Shown piece by piece: positions 30,500-32,000 of a stretch of 32,000 nucleotides of DNA (within the stretch, counting starts at the first letter, position 1; each line of letters starts with the position of its first letter). The translations under genes were made by a program, and so were the position numbers. Below the pieces are notes generated by a model, which saw only the letters and a program-made list of their open reading frames with translations, was not told the DNA's origin and did not search any database. Origin of the DNA: Saccharolobus sp. E5-1-F (GTDB lineage: Archaea > Thermoproteota > Thermoprotei_A > Sulfolobales > Sulfolobaceae). Where the stretch lies: contig NZ_CP045687.1 of the NCBI RefSeq assembly GCF_009601705.1, positions 2,469,320 to 2,501,319 of the forward strand, given 5' to 3'.

Positions 30500-30791
30500 T
30501 AGAATGTCTAGGATGGAATAAATTAAGAAATAGTTAGCTCCTTTCCTAATATCTTCTAATCCTACTTTCTCGGTATTTTATTGTGGCATAATAAAGTTAG
30601 TTTTTCTATATAAAAAACTTTTCTATTATGCTTTTTTAATTAATTGCTATAATAAGAAATTAATGACGCGGTTTTTAGGAACTCACCTATTATTGGAAAA
30701 AGGCATACCAGACCAGAGCTTTAATGGATGCTTAAAAAATTGAAACTAATTAGAGAAAAAGGTATTTAATTAGCTAATTTAATAGTAACAT

Positions 30792-31595
30792 ATGAGTTCG
30801 TGTGAGATCTTTCCATTAATTTCAAAGTTAAGTGCCGAAGGGAAGCGCTTTGCAATAGTTTCAATTTATAAGGGAAATAGACTAGAGAGAACTTTAGTAT
30901 CAGATGGAAAAGTACTCCTTGGAAGTCTAGATAAAGAAGTAATTGGACTTGCAATGGAAGCATTGGAAAAGGGTGAAGTTATTCAAAAGGATATAGAAGG
31001 TGGAAAATTAGTCATTGAACCGATAGAACCTAGACCGGGTATTATCGTAGTGGGATCTGGTATTATTGCTAAGTTTATAGCCAAATTAGCTGTAGATATG
31101 GGTTATTACGTTGCAGTAGTGGGTTCTGGAGACGTTAAGGAAGAGGACTTCCCTGGAGTTTACGCCATCTCAAATGATCTCAGCCTACTAGAACAAATGG
31201 TAGACGAGGATTCAATTGTAATTGTAGCAAATGAGGGAGGTAAACCGTATGATATAGATGCATTATATATTGCAATGAAAAACAAGGCTAGATTTGTGGG
31301 ACTATTAGCTAGTCAAAAGAGAGCAGCTTTAATGATTTCACTACTAATGAAGAGAAATATTCCATTAGAGGAAATTAAGAAAAAACTACACTCTCCACTA
31401 GGTTTAGATATTGGTTCAAAGACTTCAGAGGAGATAGCTTTGAGCATATTATCTGAGGTGGTTATGGAACTTAGGGGAGGTACGGGGAAAAGATTACAAG
31501 AAGTGAAGAATCCTTATCTTCTACTAGACGATGCTTTAGCTGGAAAGATTGAGGATAAATGTATGTTTGTACCTAAGTCTTTAAGTCAACAGTGA
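30792..31595 (+). CDS. XdhC/CoxI family protein (molybdenum hydroxylase maturation)
   Basis: [58 protein letters not shown]. Confidence 0.88.
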   Translation: MSSCEIFPLISKLSAEGKRFAIVSIYKGNRLERTLVSDGKVLLGSLDKEVIGLAMEALEKGEVIQKDIEGGKLVIEPIEPRPGIIVVGSGIIAKFIAKLAVDMGYYVAVVGSGDVKEEDFPGVYAISNDLSLLEQMVDEDSIVIVANEGGKPYDIDALYIAMKNKARFVGLLASQKRAALMISLLMKRNIPLEEIKKKLHSPLGLDIGSKTSEEIALSILSEVVMELRGGTGKRLQEVKNPYLLLDDALAGKIEDKCMFVPKSLSQQ

Positions 31596-31626
31596 ATATA
31601 TTAACAATCAATTCCTTTTTTAACAC

Positions 31627-32000
31627 ATGAAAGCAGCAATTCTTACACAGTTTAATTCGCCTTTTATCATAGGGAATGCTGAGCCTAAAGGTGTAGGAGT
31701 TAAAGTAAATGTAGCGTATACTGGAATATGTGGAAGAGATTTAGTTATATGGAAGGGCGGATTTAAAAACCTCAAATTACCCTTAATCTTAGGACATGAA
31801 ATAGTAGGCTACTATAAGGGAAAACCAGTTGCAGTTTATCCAAACTTAAATTGTGGAAGCTGTGAGTACTGCAAAAGCGGGAAGGAGAATCTGTGTGATA
31901 ATGCTAGAATTTTGGGAGAAGGGGAGATAACTGGAGGATACGCTGAGGAGATTATTGTTCCGGAAAGGAACATTATACCCTTACCAGATGATAAACTTGA
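31627..32000 (+). CDS. Zinc-dependent alcohol dehydrogenase (MDR family), C-terminus cut by window edge
   Basis: Manual translation MKAAILTQFNSPFIIGNAEPKGVGVKVNVAYTGICGRDLVIWKGG...LILGHEIVG...NCGSCEYCKSGKENLCDN. Not in the ORF track because it has no stop in the window. Confidence 0.92.
   Translation, partial: MKAAILTQFNSPFIIGNAEPKGVGVKVNVAYTGICGRDLVIWKGGFKNLKLPLILGHEIVGYYKGKPVAVYPNLNCGSCEYCKSGKENLCDNARILGEGEITGGYAEEIIVPERNIIPLPDDKL

Noticed and set aside
30768-30779. 12-bp palindrome AATTAGCTAATT before the XdhC-like gene
   Set aside because: AT-rich and short, expected by chance in this composition; no second copy.
30766-30963. Reverse 65-aa ORF
   Set aside because: Antisense to the XdhC-like gene start, no motif.

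Overview
This looks like a chromosomal window from a thermoacidophilic crenarchaeon, Sulfolobus/Saccharolobus-like. The evidence is AT-rich sequence, BRE/TATA promoters, short or leaderless 5' ends, an archaeal GGAGGTGA SD and the gene families present. I can support these blocks. (1) A likely small-molecule catabolic block: edge-truncated molybdenum-hydroxylase large subunit, FAH-family enzyme, MBL hydrolase, maleate-isomerase-like protein, MFS permease, Rieske ferredoxin and HyuA/HyuB. (2) A decayed transposase at about 2.85-3.5 kb. (3) A well-formed C/D box sRNA at about 6.87-6.93 kb, whose two guides match neighbouring sites in archaeal 16S rRNA. (4) An assimilatory sulfate reduction locus (sat, small ORF, TauE-like exporter, diverging from APS/PAPS reductase, sulfite reductase and SUMT), followed by rhodanese, a TusA-like small ORF, an SQR-like flavoprotein, a Rieske protein and an MBL protein. 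(5) A membrane/extracytoplasmic redox-like cluster: a DUF929-like thioredoxin-fold protein and a Thr-rich exported protein flanking a palindromic divergent promoter region. (6) Aldo-keto reductase, CMD and cupin; a radical SAM protein whose N-terminus extends upstream without a canonical start codon; XdhC; and a Zn-alcohol dehydrogenase. The strongest non-ORF signals are the C/D box sRNA, the shared TTGCACA-N10-TATA promoter architecture of sat and rhodanese, and the missing start codon of the radical SAM gene. I found no CRISPR array, tRNA, rRNA or clear defence system. All family assignments are from sequence recognition; no searches were run.
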